From: a virus
Taxonomy: Duplodnaviria; Caudoviricetes
IMG/VR virus record: IMGVR_UViG_3300024346_000003
DNA: 64,000 nt
Strand: one strand, 5' to 3'
Part shown: positions 18,066 through 25,435 of the stretch, piece after piece
Numbering within the stretch: position 1 is the first letter of the stretch
How the letters are laid out: every line of letters begins with the position of its first letter
Notes under the pieces: model-generated
What the model saw: only the letters and a program-made list of their open reading frames with translations
What the model was told of the DNA's origin: nothing
The model's database searches: none
Made by a program: the position numbers and the translations under genes

Positions 18066-18542
18066 TTAATCGACAACAAACCAATCAGGTTTTTTTCTAT
18101 TTTTCCAGTCAGCTAAGCTTTTTTTATGTGTCATATAGTATAATCTATATGAATCAACAACTGAATCGATTTTACAATCATCTGGCATGGCCATAGCAAA
18201 GTTTGTTATATCACCATTGGTTGGTATATTTGGTGTGTTTATCAAGCACCATTCAATAACATCCTGAGATTTATGCCTCTTACCATAACGATATGTATAT
18301 TCCTCACATAATGACATACCCAAATCACACAACCAAATATAATTTTCAATACACTCTCTGGTCCAAATTGAACATGGGTGATTTTTATGTGATAACTTAT
18401 ACGGTATTAGATATTGACTATCAGTTACGTGATGAACACCACATAATAATTGAGCCGTTTCCAATATCATTTTAACCACATGTTTATTATTGTGCATTTG
18501 CGCAGCAACTTGTGGATTTTCATCTAGAACAAAAATATTCAT
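18066..18542 (-). CDS. denV: Pyrimidine-dimer DNA glycosylase (endonuclease V-like)
   Basis: MNIF.LD...KHVVKMILETAQLL...HKNHPC..W. Confidence 0.85.
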   Translation of the reverse strand: MNIFVLDENPQVAAQMHNNKHVVKMILETAQLLCGVHHVTDSQYLIPYKLSHKNHPCSIWTRECIENYIWLCDLGMSLCEEYTYRYGKRHKSQDVIEWCLINTPNIPTNGDITNFAMAMPDDCKIDSVVDSYRLYYMTHKKSLADWKNRKKPDWFVVD

Positions 18543-18544
18543 AG

Positions 18545-19507
18545 TTATTTCTTTATTTCAGTAACTTTTCCAATAACGTTGAATGGTTTTATTTTTCTCC
18601 ATTCAGTAATATCATTACTCATAACAACTTTACCACCATTTGGGTTAACAGCTATTGTGATGTGTGGTGTTGCATTTTTAGTTGGGTATCCTTCAACTTT
18701 AACAGCCATAGCCATATCAGATAACCCCAATTCCGTAACTTTAAGTGTTATATCTTTACCCAAATCTTCTTTGTTCGGTACTGGTTTACCAAATACAATT
18801 GTCATATGATGTGCGATTATACTCCAACCGTCTGGAATTTCATTTTCAACTATAGATAATAGTGAACTTCTAGAACCACTATCTAATACAACAGCAGAAT
18901 ATAATACATCAGATTCTTTATACATATCTTTTGAACCCATAACACTAGCAACACTTAATGGGCCTTGACCAGCGTGACTAGCTATCATTGATTCAATCTT
19001 TTCCAATGGAACACCATGAGTATTCCTATCAGCTAATTCTTGTGCTGATAACCCACCAGTACCAATATCAACAAATTGAATGTTCTTATCATCCAACCCT
19101 AAATCCAATGCTGATTTAACTGCAACTTTAGATTCGTTTTGTTTAATATTTGTATTGTCTAAGATAACTGGTGATACACCACTTTTTAATGAATTGGTAA
19201 GATTTGTAAGATTTGTTGAATGTGCTTTAGATAAAGGACTAAAGTCTTTAGTTGTAATCATCTTTTCGAAGAATTCCCTGTAATCACCTTGGGCTTCAAT
19301 AACATCATCAGTTGAATGAATAACACCATCAGTACCAGCCAATTCTTTTGCTTTTGTTGATTTACCAGAACCTGGAATCCCCCTCATTACAATAAGTACT
19401 TGGTCTGGTCTAGTAATGGTTACACCTAATGAATTTTTAAGCGTACCTTCTCTTAATATAGATTTAATTTTATCTTTCATACCACAAAGATATAAAATAT
19501 ATTCCAA
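18545..19507 (-). CDS. Polynucleotide kinase fused to 2H cyclic phosphodiesterase (RNA end-healing enzyme)
   Basis: GIPGSGKST P-loop, ILDNTN, RNTHGVP; AHHMTI and PHITIA. Confidence 0.85.
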   Translation of the reverse strand: MEYILYLCGMKDKIKSILREGTLKNSLGVTITRPDQVLIVMRGIPGSGKSTKAKELAGTDGVIHSTDDVIEAQGDYREFFEKMITTKDFSPLSKAHSTNLTNLTNSLKSGVSPVILDNTNIKQNESKVAVKSALDLGLDDKNIQFVDIGTGGLSAQELADRNTHGVPLEKIESMIASHAGQGPLSVASVMGSKDMYKESDVLYSAVVLDSGSRSSLLSIVENEIPDGWSIIAHHMTIVFGKPVPNKEDLGKDITLKVTELGLSDMAMAVKVEGYPTKNATPHITIAVNPNGGKVVMSNDITEWRKIKPFNVIGKVTEIKK

Positions 19508-19517
19508 TATAACAAAT

Positions 19518-19895
19518 TTATTTTTTAGGTTTTGTTTTTAACTTAATAAGTTTCTTTTTTACTATTGGTTTCTTTTTAACTTTTTTCTTAATTTTAGCCT
19601 TTCTAGTAAACCCACCAATACCACCAACTTTTAAATTCATACACTTACCATTTTTGACTTTTGATAGTGTGACAATTGCTTTTTCTCTTTCAGCTAATAA
19701 TTCTCTATTCTCAACTATTTCTAAAATCTCAACTCTATGTTTTTCTTTACCATATCTTTTTATTGAAAATTTTATCGCTTTACCAGAACCCATATAACCA
19801 TCTTCCAGATTATCGGTTGAATGCATACCAATATAATATTTGTTATTAACTAAACAAGTAGTTTTATATATGATATGATATTTTTTTTCATTCAA
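19518..19895 (-). mobile_element. Short Seg-like GIY-YIG endonuclease (possibly truncated)
   Basis: IIYKTTCLVNNKYYIGMHST...YMGSG. Confidence 0.75.
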
Positions 19896-19904
19896 TGATA
19901 TATT

Positions 19905-20549
19905 CTAATTATTAAATAAATTAGTTTTAACTTTAAAATTTTCAGCTAATTCCATTATCTTATTTTGAATATCTTCTGGTAACTCATCAAATATTGAATC
20001 AATATCAATACTTTGACCATCTAATGTTTCAAATTTGTTTAATTGTTCATAATATCTAATGATATCACCAGAGGTTAGTTTGATTTTTTTAAACCTATCT
20101 TTGTTTGGTTGTGCTTGTAGTGGTTGTTGTTCTTTACCAGTAACATAAAGGATTTGATTTGATGTTTCAAAATCCTTTTTTCTCATAATGGTTTTACTGA
20201 TTAAATCTAACTCACCATTTTCCTTATCCCAACTTATAGTAAACGGGATATTAATATTTGTTGGGTTGTTTTTAAATACAGCCTCAAAACCATCTTTATA
20301 TTTAATTAACTGCTCTTTGTATTGTGAATAAATCTTTTTAAAGATATCCCTAAGTTCTTCAATTGTAATTTCCTTACCATTTCTAACATCATTCACCCTA
20401 TCCAAAAAATGTTTTGTAAATTCAATATCAACACCAACACTTTTAAATAAATTATCTAATTCAATTTCTAATTTACCAAGCTGAGATGATGTGACGTAAT
20501 CTTCTCTTAAAAGACTTTCCCTTAATAATTTTTTAATTAATGATTTCAT
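19905..20549 (-). CDS. Hypothetical protein with IKKLLRE-type leader
   Basis: 214-aa ORF, ATATTTAT motif upstream. Confidence 0.75.
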   Translation of the reverse strand: MKSLIKKLLRESLLREDYVTSSQLGKLEIELDNLFKSVGVDIEFTKHFLDRVNDVRNGKEITIEELRDIFKKIYSQYKEQLIKYKDGFEAVFKNNPTNINIPFTISWDKENGELDLISKTIMRKKDFETSNQILYVTGKEQQPLQAQPNKDRFKKIKLTSGDIIRYYEQLNKFETLDGQSIDIDSIFDELPEDIQNKIMELAENFKVKTNLFNN

Positions 20550-20599
20550 ATATTATAAATATCATTAAAAAATTAAAAATTTGACATATTAGTAAATAG

Positions 20600-20688
20600 T
20601 AGAGAAGATGGGATTCGAACCCATGGGACCTTATTAAAGGTCCACCACATTAGCAGTGTGGCCACTTAAACCTCTCGTGCACCTCTCT
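20600..20688 (-). tRNA. trnS: tRNA-Ser(GCT)
   Basis: CCACA-CTGCTAA-TGTGG anticodon arm; long variable arm. Confidence 0.92.
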
Positions 20689-20694
20689 ATATTG

Positions 20695-20767
20695 TACCCC
20701 TAGAGGGATTCTAACCCCCATTCTAGCCTTAGAAGGGCCATGTCCTATACAGTTGAACGATAGGGGC
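20695..20767 (-). tRNA. trnR: tRNA-Arg(TCT), with D- and T-loop deviations
   Basis: TGGCC-CTTCTAA-GGCTA; T-loop TTAGAAT. Confidence 0.8.
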
Positions 20768-20775
20768 GTGTATTG

Positions 20776-20848
20776 TACCCTCGACTGGATTCGAACCAGT
20801 ATTTTTGGTTTCGTAGACCAATGTTCTAATCCATTGAACTACAAGGGC
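20776..20848 (-). tRNA. trnR: tRNA-Arg(ACG)
   Basis: TTGGT-CTACGAA-ACCAA. Confidence 0.93.
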
Positions 20849-21030
20849 ATATTGTTATAATAAGAGTATAAACTGATATAAAACACACCAACCGTATCGT
20901 ATTTATATTCACCGTTTTTATTTGGTGGTTCAATCGCAACAATAGGATAATTCTCACCTAGTATTTTTTGATATTCCATAAATTGATTGTCCGTCTTTGG
21001 TATTGACATTTTTGTGTATAATAAATCCAT
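20839..21030 (-). CDS. Small hypothetical protein (63 aa) in tRNA array 2
   Basis: Start MDLLYTK at 21030; the track start at 21081 lies inside a tRNA. Confidence 0.55.
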   Translation of the reverse strand: MDLLYTKMSIPKTDNQFMEYQKILGENYPIVAIEPPNKNGEYKYDTVGVFYISLYSYYNNMPL

Positions 21031-21044
21031 AATATTTAAATTAG

Positions 21045-21114
21045 TACCGCCTGTGAGGTTCGAACTCACCTTTCCATCCATATGAGGGATAGTTGTACTC
21101 CACTGACTAGCGGC
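21045..21114 (-). tRNA. tRNA-CAT (Met, Ile2 or fMet), weak D-arm
   Basis: ATCC-CTCATAT-GGAT anticodon arm; canonical T-arm; short irregular D region. Confidence 0.7.
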
Positions 21115-21116
21115 AT

Positions 21117-21227
21117 TTTGGTCGATGTCTAGAATCTTTAACCTCCTTTCTTGGCAAGGTCTCCATCATGGGTTCCGTTGATTGATTCATCTTTATAACC
21201 CCATACGGAACAAGCGGGGTAACCAAA
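21117..21227 (-). ncRNA. Unassigned pseudoknotted structured RNA
   Basis: Closing stem TTTGGTT/GACCAAA; ACCCC/GGGGT hairpin whose loop GTTCCGT pairs with downstream ACGGAAC; further stems. Confidence 0.55.
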
Positions 21228-21235
21228 TTATTTTG

Positions 21236-21309
21236 CTCTTCAGGAGGGATTCGAACCCCCAACCCATCGGTTAACAACCGATTGCTCTGACCATTATAGC
21301 TACCGAAGA
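21236..21309 (-). tRNA. trnN: tRNA-Asn(GTT), second copy
   Basis: ATCGG-TTGTTAA-CCGAT; G73. Confidence 0.93.
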
Positions 21310-21385
21310 ATAAAAAAGTTTAGAGGCTTTGGGTTAGACACGCCTCAATATTACATGAGAGACCCCATAGATTGCATAAACTTTG

Positions 21386-21462
21386 TACAGAAGGTGAGAT
21401 TCGAACTCACATGTGACCAACTACCCTTTCTACAAGATATAAGCTTGAGGGGATACATCTGC
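21386..21462 (-). ncRNA. D-armless tRNA-like RNA with TAT anticodon-position triplet
   Basis: Acceptor GCAGATG/CTTCTGT, canonical T-arm, CAAG-CTTATAT-CTTG arm extended by CCCT/AGGG; no D-arm. Confidence 0.65.
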
Positions 21463-21465
21463 ATT

Positions 21466-21516
21466 TTTATAAGTGGCCAAAACTATGTTTTTTAGTGAGT
21501 TTTGGCCACTTATAAA
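21466..21516. repeat. Perfect inverted repeat (14-bp core, 19 bp with flanks)
   Basis: AAGTGGCCAAAACT ... AGTTTTGGCCACTT. Confidence 0.85.
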
Positions 21517-21519
21517 TTG

Positions 21520-21561
21520 TAGGAAACACGGGACTCGAACCCATAACCTTTCACGTATAAA
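21520..21561 (-). pseudogene. 3' half of interrupted tRNA-Ile(TAT)
   Basis: TTTATAC-GTGAA-AGGTT-ATGGG-TTCGAGT-CCCGT-GTTTCCT-A. Confidence 0.8.
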
Positions 21562-21568
21562 TATTTAG

Positions 21569-21640
21569 TAGGCATGTCGAGATTCGAACTCGAAATACAA
21601 CAGTATCAGTGTTGCGTGATAACCATTTCACTACACGCCT
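21569..21640 (-). tRNA. trnI: tRNA-Ile(GAT)
   Basis: CAACA-CTGATAC-TGTTG; acceptor AGGCGTG/CATGCCT; A73. Confidence 0.88.
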
Positions 21641-22208
21641 ATTTATTTAATTCTTCATGTATTTCTCTATGACAATTTGCGCAGACCATAATACATTTGT
21701 CTAATTCTAGTTTTATCTTTTCCCATGATAACACTGAGTAGGAACCAATTCCAAAATCTTTTTCGTTTGGGTCTAAATGATGAAATTCTAACGCTGAATT
21801 ACATCTATCATACCCACATTTTTGACAACAACCACCTTTATATTCAATAGCTTTTTCTTTTAACTTTTGACGAAAGTTTTTAACTTTTTGATAATTTCTA
21901 ATTTTTAACTCTTCATCGTTTAATTTAACATACTTATTTTCAGTATGTTTAATTATTGTTGATTTACCTAGATTAAATTTAACCATACATTCTTCAATGG
22001 TGTGGTCTTTATAGAAGCTATTTAATTCTTCTATTTCAATCTTTGTTAATTTAGCTCTTTGTTTACTAACAAAATTACCACCTAAATTATTATTGTTGCA
22101 ATGAAATGAAACGGTGCTTTTTGAACAATTCAATAGTTCACTTATTTCATTATAATTTTTACCAGAGTTTCTCAACTCTAGAATACTTTCTTTTAAACTT
22201 GTAGTCAT
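21639..22208 (-). mobile_element. HNH endonuclease with N-terminal HTH
   Basis: CQKCGY...LEFHHLDP...KCIMVCANCHREIH. Confidence 0.9.
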
Positions 22209-22280
22209 ATCAATATCTTTTATAGTTATAAATATACTACAAGTTCTAAAAAAGTCAATAGGTGCTAATTTTTATTTTTT

Positions 22281-22307
22281 TGCTCTAACCAGTTGAGCTA
22301 GCTTCCT
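22281..22307 (-). pseudogene. 5' half of interrupted tRNA-Ile(TAT)
   Basis: AGGAAGC-TA-GCTC-AACTGGTTA-GAGC-A; AGGAAGC pairs with GTTTCCT of the 3' half. Confidence 0.8.
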
Positions 22308-22326
22308 ATTGTGAGTGGAAGCCCCA

Positions 22327-22563
22327 TTACTTCCACTTTGTTTTTCTGTTGTGTTTCCACGTTTTGTATTCTCGCCATTTATGATTTGGTAGCTTACGGT
22401 GGCTCCAATTCCACCCATAATCCCATATGTTATAACCATAAATGTTCATCCATCGAATACAATTGTATTCTTTAGAAGTTTTTGCTTTGTTCAGTTTTGC
22501 TCTGTTAATTTTTTTACTCATAATGTTGTGAGTCTGTGAATAGCAGACCTTACAACATATCAA
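22327..22563 (-). CDS. Small basic, Trp-rich hypothetical protein (start uncertain)
   Basis: ORF track; co-oriented within the array. Confidence 0.55.
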   Translation of the reverse strand: MICCKVCYSQTHNIMSKKINRAKLNKAKTSKEYNCIRWMNIYGYNIWDYGWNWSHRKLPNHKWREYKTWKHNRKTKWK

Positions 22564-22591
22564 ATTCCTTTTTCATAAATTTTAAATTTTG

Positions 22592-22678
22592 AGGAGGGGG
22601 TGGGACTCGAACCCACACACCACTAGGGCCTACGGTTTTCAAAACCGCCAAGCTTAGACCGACTGCTCTTACCCCTCC
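22592..22678 (-). tRNA. trnS: tRNA-Ser(TGA)
   Basis: GCGGT-TTTGAAA-ACCGT; long variable arm. Confidence 0.9.
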
Positions 22679-22689
22679 ATTTTTAAATA

Positions 22690-22784
22690 ATAAGGCTACA
22701 GCCTTATAATGTTATAATATAAGGCTACAGCCTTATAACCTTATAACGTTATAATATAAGGTTATAACCTTATAACGTTATATT
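22690..22784. repeat. Palindromic modular tandem repeat
   Basis: ATAAGGCTACAGCCTTAT twice and CCTTATAACGTTATA twice. Confidence 0.8.
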
Positions 22785-22786
22785 AG

Positions 22787-22857
22787 CACGACTAGTAGGA
22801 TTCGAACCCACATCAAGGGATTTGGAATCCCGTATGCTACCATTGCACCATAGTCGT
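22787..22857 (-). tRNA. trnW: tRNA-Trp(CCA)
   Basis: GGGA-TTCCAAA-TCCC; acceptor ACGACTA/TAGTCGT; G73. Confidence 0.92.
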
Positions 22858-22893
22858 GTATTTTACTTACCAATATGTCAAAGAACCTTTGTT

Positions 22894-22977
22894 GGTGTCT
22901 GACGGGAATTGAACCCGCATGTCGTAAGACCCCTGTTTCACAGACAGGTGTGGCAAACTAATATCCACCTCAGACAC
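22894..22977 (-). tRNA. trnH: tRNA-His(GTG), atypical (long variable arm)
   Basis: CCTGT-CTGTGAA-ACAGG; C73; GTC-TTAC-GAC extra arm. Confidence 0.75.
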
Positions 22978-22979
22978 AG

Positions 22980-23054
22980 CTCCCCAGACAGGATTCGAAC
23001 CTGTAACCCCTCGATTAACAGTCGAGTGCTCTAACCAGTTGTAGCTACTGGGGA
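22980..23054 (-). tRNA. trnN: tRNA-Asn(GTT)
   Basis: CTCGA-CTGTTAA-TCGAG; G73. Confidence 0.95.
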
Positions 23055-23224
23055 ATGTTAATGGTGACAAATATTGTTACTTTGCCACCCTTCTTTTCAA
23101 ATTTAAGATTACCGTTGTAACCCATTTCTTTTGCTTTCGCATTGTATTCGTCATAAATCTTATCGAAGTCCTTTTGGAAGTCTGAGACTTTTACAGTTCC
23201 TAATGTTCTTACTAATTTTTCCAT
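23045..23224 (-). CDS. Small hypothetical protein (59 aa), first gene after attenuator 2
   Basis: Start MEKLVRTL at 23224; the longer track start runs through the terminator. Confidence 0.65.
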   Translation of the reverse strand: MEKLVRTLGTVKVSDFQKDFDKIYDEYNAKAKEMGYNGNLKFEKKGGKVTIFVTINIPQ

Positions 23225-23238
23225 AATTTTTATGACAT

Positions 23239-23271
23239 AAAAAAACCCAACTCTATTTCTAGGTCGGGTTT
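23239..23271 (-). terminator. Attenuator terminator of tRNA array 2
   Basis: AACCCGAC-CTA-GAAA-TAG-A-GTTGGGTT plus T-run. Confidence 0.85.
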
Positions 23272-23294
23272 CTGATTTTATTAAATTCTTATTT

Positions 23295-23393
23295 TTAGAA
23301 CTCAATGATATCGCTGAACATACCAGACCTAGTTTGTAGACTATTACGTCTCCAATTACTAATCGACATTCTATGTATGTTATTTGTTATCAT
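23295..23393 (-). CDS. Leader peptide 2, MITNNIHRMSISNWRRNSLQTRSGMFSDIIEF
   Basis: 32-codon ORF; codons 4-18 are all Asn/Ile/His/Arg/Met/Ser/Trp; its CTAGGTC is complementary to terminator GACCTAG. Confidence 0.82.
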   Translation of the reverse strand: MITNNIHRMSISNWRRNSLQTRSGMFSDIIEF

Positions 23394-23426
23394 TGTGTTT
23401 TTTTATTCGTGTATTAATTAAATATA

Positions 23427-23461
23427 TGCAAATATACTAAAAGTTTTTTTATTTGTCAAGT
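23427..23461 (-). promoter_or_regulatory. Bacteroidota-type promoter of tRNA array 2
   Basis: TTG(ACA)-N20-TATATTTG. Confidence 0.8.
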
Positions 23462-23490
23462 ATTTTTAATTTTTATTTTAATTTTTTTTA

Positions 23491-24417
23491 TTAATCACCA
23501 TCTGGACCGTCATCTTTTAGTCTACCCCAAAGTTCGTTAGAAATATCATTTTCAAAATTTTCAACCGATTTAACGACATTCGGTATTGCTATTTTTTTCA
23601 TTTCATCAGTTAACTTATATTCTTGTCCACTAGTACAATCAATATATTTAATTTCTATGATTTTCTCTAGTGCAAACTCTGCTTCTGGATATTCTTCTGG
23701 ACTACCCCCATGATAACCCCACGATGCTGCCCTATATGAACCAGTAATTTTAAAATAAAAAGTAACAAGAGCTTTTAAATAGAAACAACTACTATCTGTT
23801 TCAGTATAGGTATATTCAATTTCTAATTCTGAATCGTCATAACCGTGGTTAAATTCTACAATATTATAACTATCCATTTCAAATTGTTCTAATTTAAAAA
23901 TTTCTTCTGGAATAAACATTTGTTCGTTTCCATCTTCACTTAATTCGTTATATTGTAAATCAGTTGGTTCGATTTCTGGGTTGATACCATATTGTTGTTT
24001 TCTATCTTCTAATTCCCAATCTTCATTATCATTTTCACTCAAACTTGAAGTCCCATTTATTATATTGACAACAATATTCGCTTTTTTAATCGCCCCTTCA
24101 ATATTACCCGCTTCTAAAAATTCACTAACTGAGTTAATACCACCATCAAATACACCACCATAACCATAAGCGAATTGGTTATCGAATTCCTCGAATCTTT
24201 TACCCATTTTTATTTCAAGCATTGTGTTAATTAACTCTTTAGCAACCCTTTCATAATCACCATTGTATTCAGTCATCCAAGATTGTATTTTAGATTCGTT
24301 ATCAGCGGCTAATCCACCACTAATATCTTCACTAATCAATCCCTTAGATTGTAGATATCTTTGTTCAGCTAATTTATTAGCTTTTCTAATATTATCTTTT
24401 TTATCAAATCTTCTCAT
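23491..24417 (-). CDS. Acidic protein with shared MRRFDK leader (putative virion/internal protein)
   Basis: Shares its first ~30 aa with the two upstream ORFs. Confidence 0.8.
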   Translation of the reverse strand: MRRFDKKDNIRKANKLAEQRYLQSKGLISEDISGGLAADNESKIQSWMTEYNGDYERVAKELINTMLEIKMGKRFEEFDNQFAYGYGGVFDGGINSVSEFLEAGNIEGAIKKANIVVNIINGTSSLSENDNEDWELEDRKQQYGINPEIEPTDLQYNELSEDGNEQMFIPEEIFKLEQFEMDSYNIVEFNHGYDDSELEIEYTYTETDSSCFYLKALVTFYFKITGSYRAASWGYHGGSPEEYPEAEFALEKIIEIKYIDCTSGQEYKLTDEMKKIAIPNVVKSVENFENDISNELWGRLKDDGPDGD

Positions 24418-24427
24418 TTTTGTATTT

Positions 24428-25423
24428 TTAATTTGGATTTATAAATTCAGCAAATTCGCCAGGATTTAAACCAGCTGGTGCTACATTTTTATTTAAGTAA
24501 GAGAATTTTTTATTTTGACCATCAATTTGCATAGTACATCTAATATAAGAGATTTTACTTAAATCCAAAGATTTGAATTCATATGCATTTTCTAGTGCAA
24601 ATATTTCTTGAGCCGCTTCTTGGTTTTCAATATCCAATAATCTTTTAGGCATTTTAGCACTGTATGATTTAGGTGATAAACTAAAAACAAAATTAACTTC
24701 TTCTGGTGTTAGTTCAGCTATATCACCTTGGTAGTTTAAGAAATATTTAGTTTCACCTTTTTTAACCCCAACTTTTTTAGCATATATTGCCAATCTTTTT
24801 GTTTCAGTACCTTGGTGTTGTTGGAATGGTGTTCCCATAACTTCTTCCCATCCACTACCTCTTTTATCATTCGTATCGATTTCACCACCATCTGGCCATT
24901 GTAAACCATGTTTATCATAGGCACTTTTAACTTCAGCATCTTTATCAGCTTTATTTTTAATATTACCCCACTGTATAGTAAAACTTTTAGTTGTGTATAC
25001 TTTAGATGGTATTTTAACACCACCTTCTGTTTTAGCAGCAAATGGACTTTTAAAATTTTTACCAGCACCTTTATTTTTAGTCCAATCCTCTGAAGATATC
25101 ATATTTGTAAAAGCTGGGTTGTTTAATTTTCTAGCAATATCTTCCAAACCTTGCATATCTTCATTTTTAACTGTAACACTTAAGTCAGCATTATTCACAT
25201 ACCCAACAGTCATAAACCAACTATTATTTGGTTGGTATTTTGAAAACATTTTAAGTAATGTTTCAACATTATCAGTTACATCACCAAAAAACTCAGACAT
25301 TGAAGTTCTTTCAACTTCATTAAGTTCATCATTTTCATTAATTAAACCCTTAGATTGTAGATATCTTTGCTCAGCTAATAAATTAACTTTTCTAATGTTA
25401 TCGTTTTTATCAAATCTTCTCAT
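24428..25423 (-). CDS. Protein with shared MRRFDK leader
   Basis: Same leader, unrelated body. Confidence 0.8.
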   Translation of the reverse strand: MRRFDKNDNIRKVNLLAEQRYLQSKGLINENDELNEVERTSMSEFFGDVTDNVETLLKMFSKYQPNNSWFMTVGYVNNADLSVTVKNEDMQGLEDIARKLNNPAFTNMISSEDWTKNKGAGKNFKSPFAAKTEGGVKIPSKVYTTKSFTIQWGNIKNKADKDAEVKSAYDKHGLQWPDGGEIDTNDKRGSGWEEVMGTPFQQHQGTETKRLAIYAKKVGVKKGETKYFLNYQGDIAELTPEEVNFVFSLSPKSYSAKMPKRLLDIENQEAAQEIFALENAYEFKSLDLSKISYIRCTMQIDGQNKKFSYLNKNVAPAGLNPGEFAEFINPN

Positions 25424-25435
25424 TTTATTTTTTAT

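Noticed and set aside
21520-22307. Group I intron in tRNA-Ile(TAT)
   Set aside because: The insert is filled by an ORF and a tRNA with no room for a ribozyme core, and part of the anticodon stem is deleted.
22690-22784. Possible CRISPR array
   Set aside because: No constant repeat with unique spacers and no cas operon; the PD-(D/E)XK gene at 62563 sits in a recombination cluster.
20600-23060. HDV-like theta ribozymes at tRNA 3' ends
   Set aside because: I found no HDV-type P1/P3 with the usual L3 consensus by eye; a covariance search would be needed to exclude them fully.
22867-23070. 67-aa ORF over the Asn and His tRNAs
   Set aside because: It is a translation of tRNA sequence.
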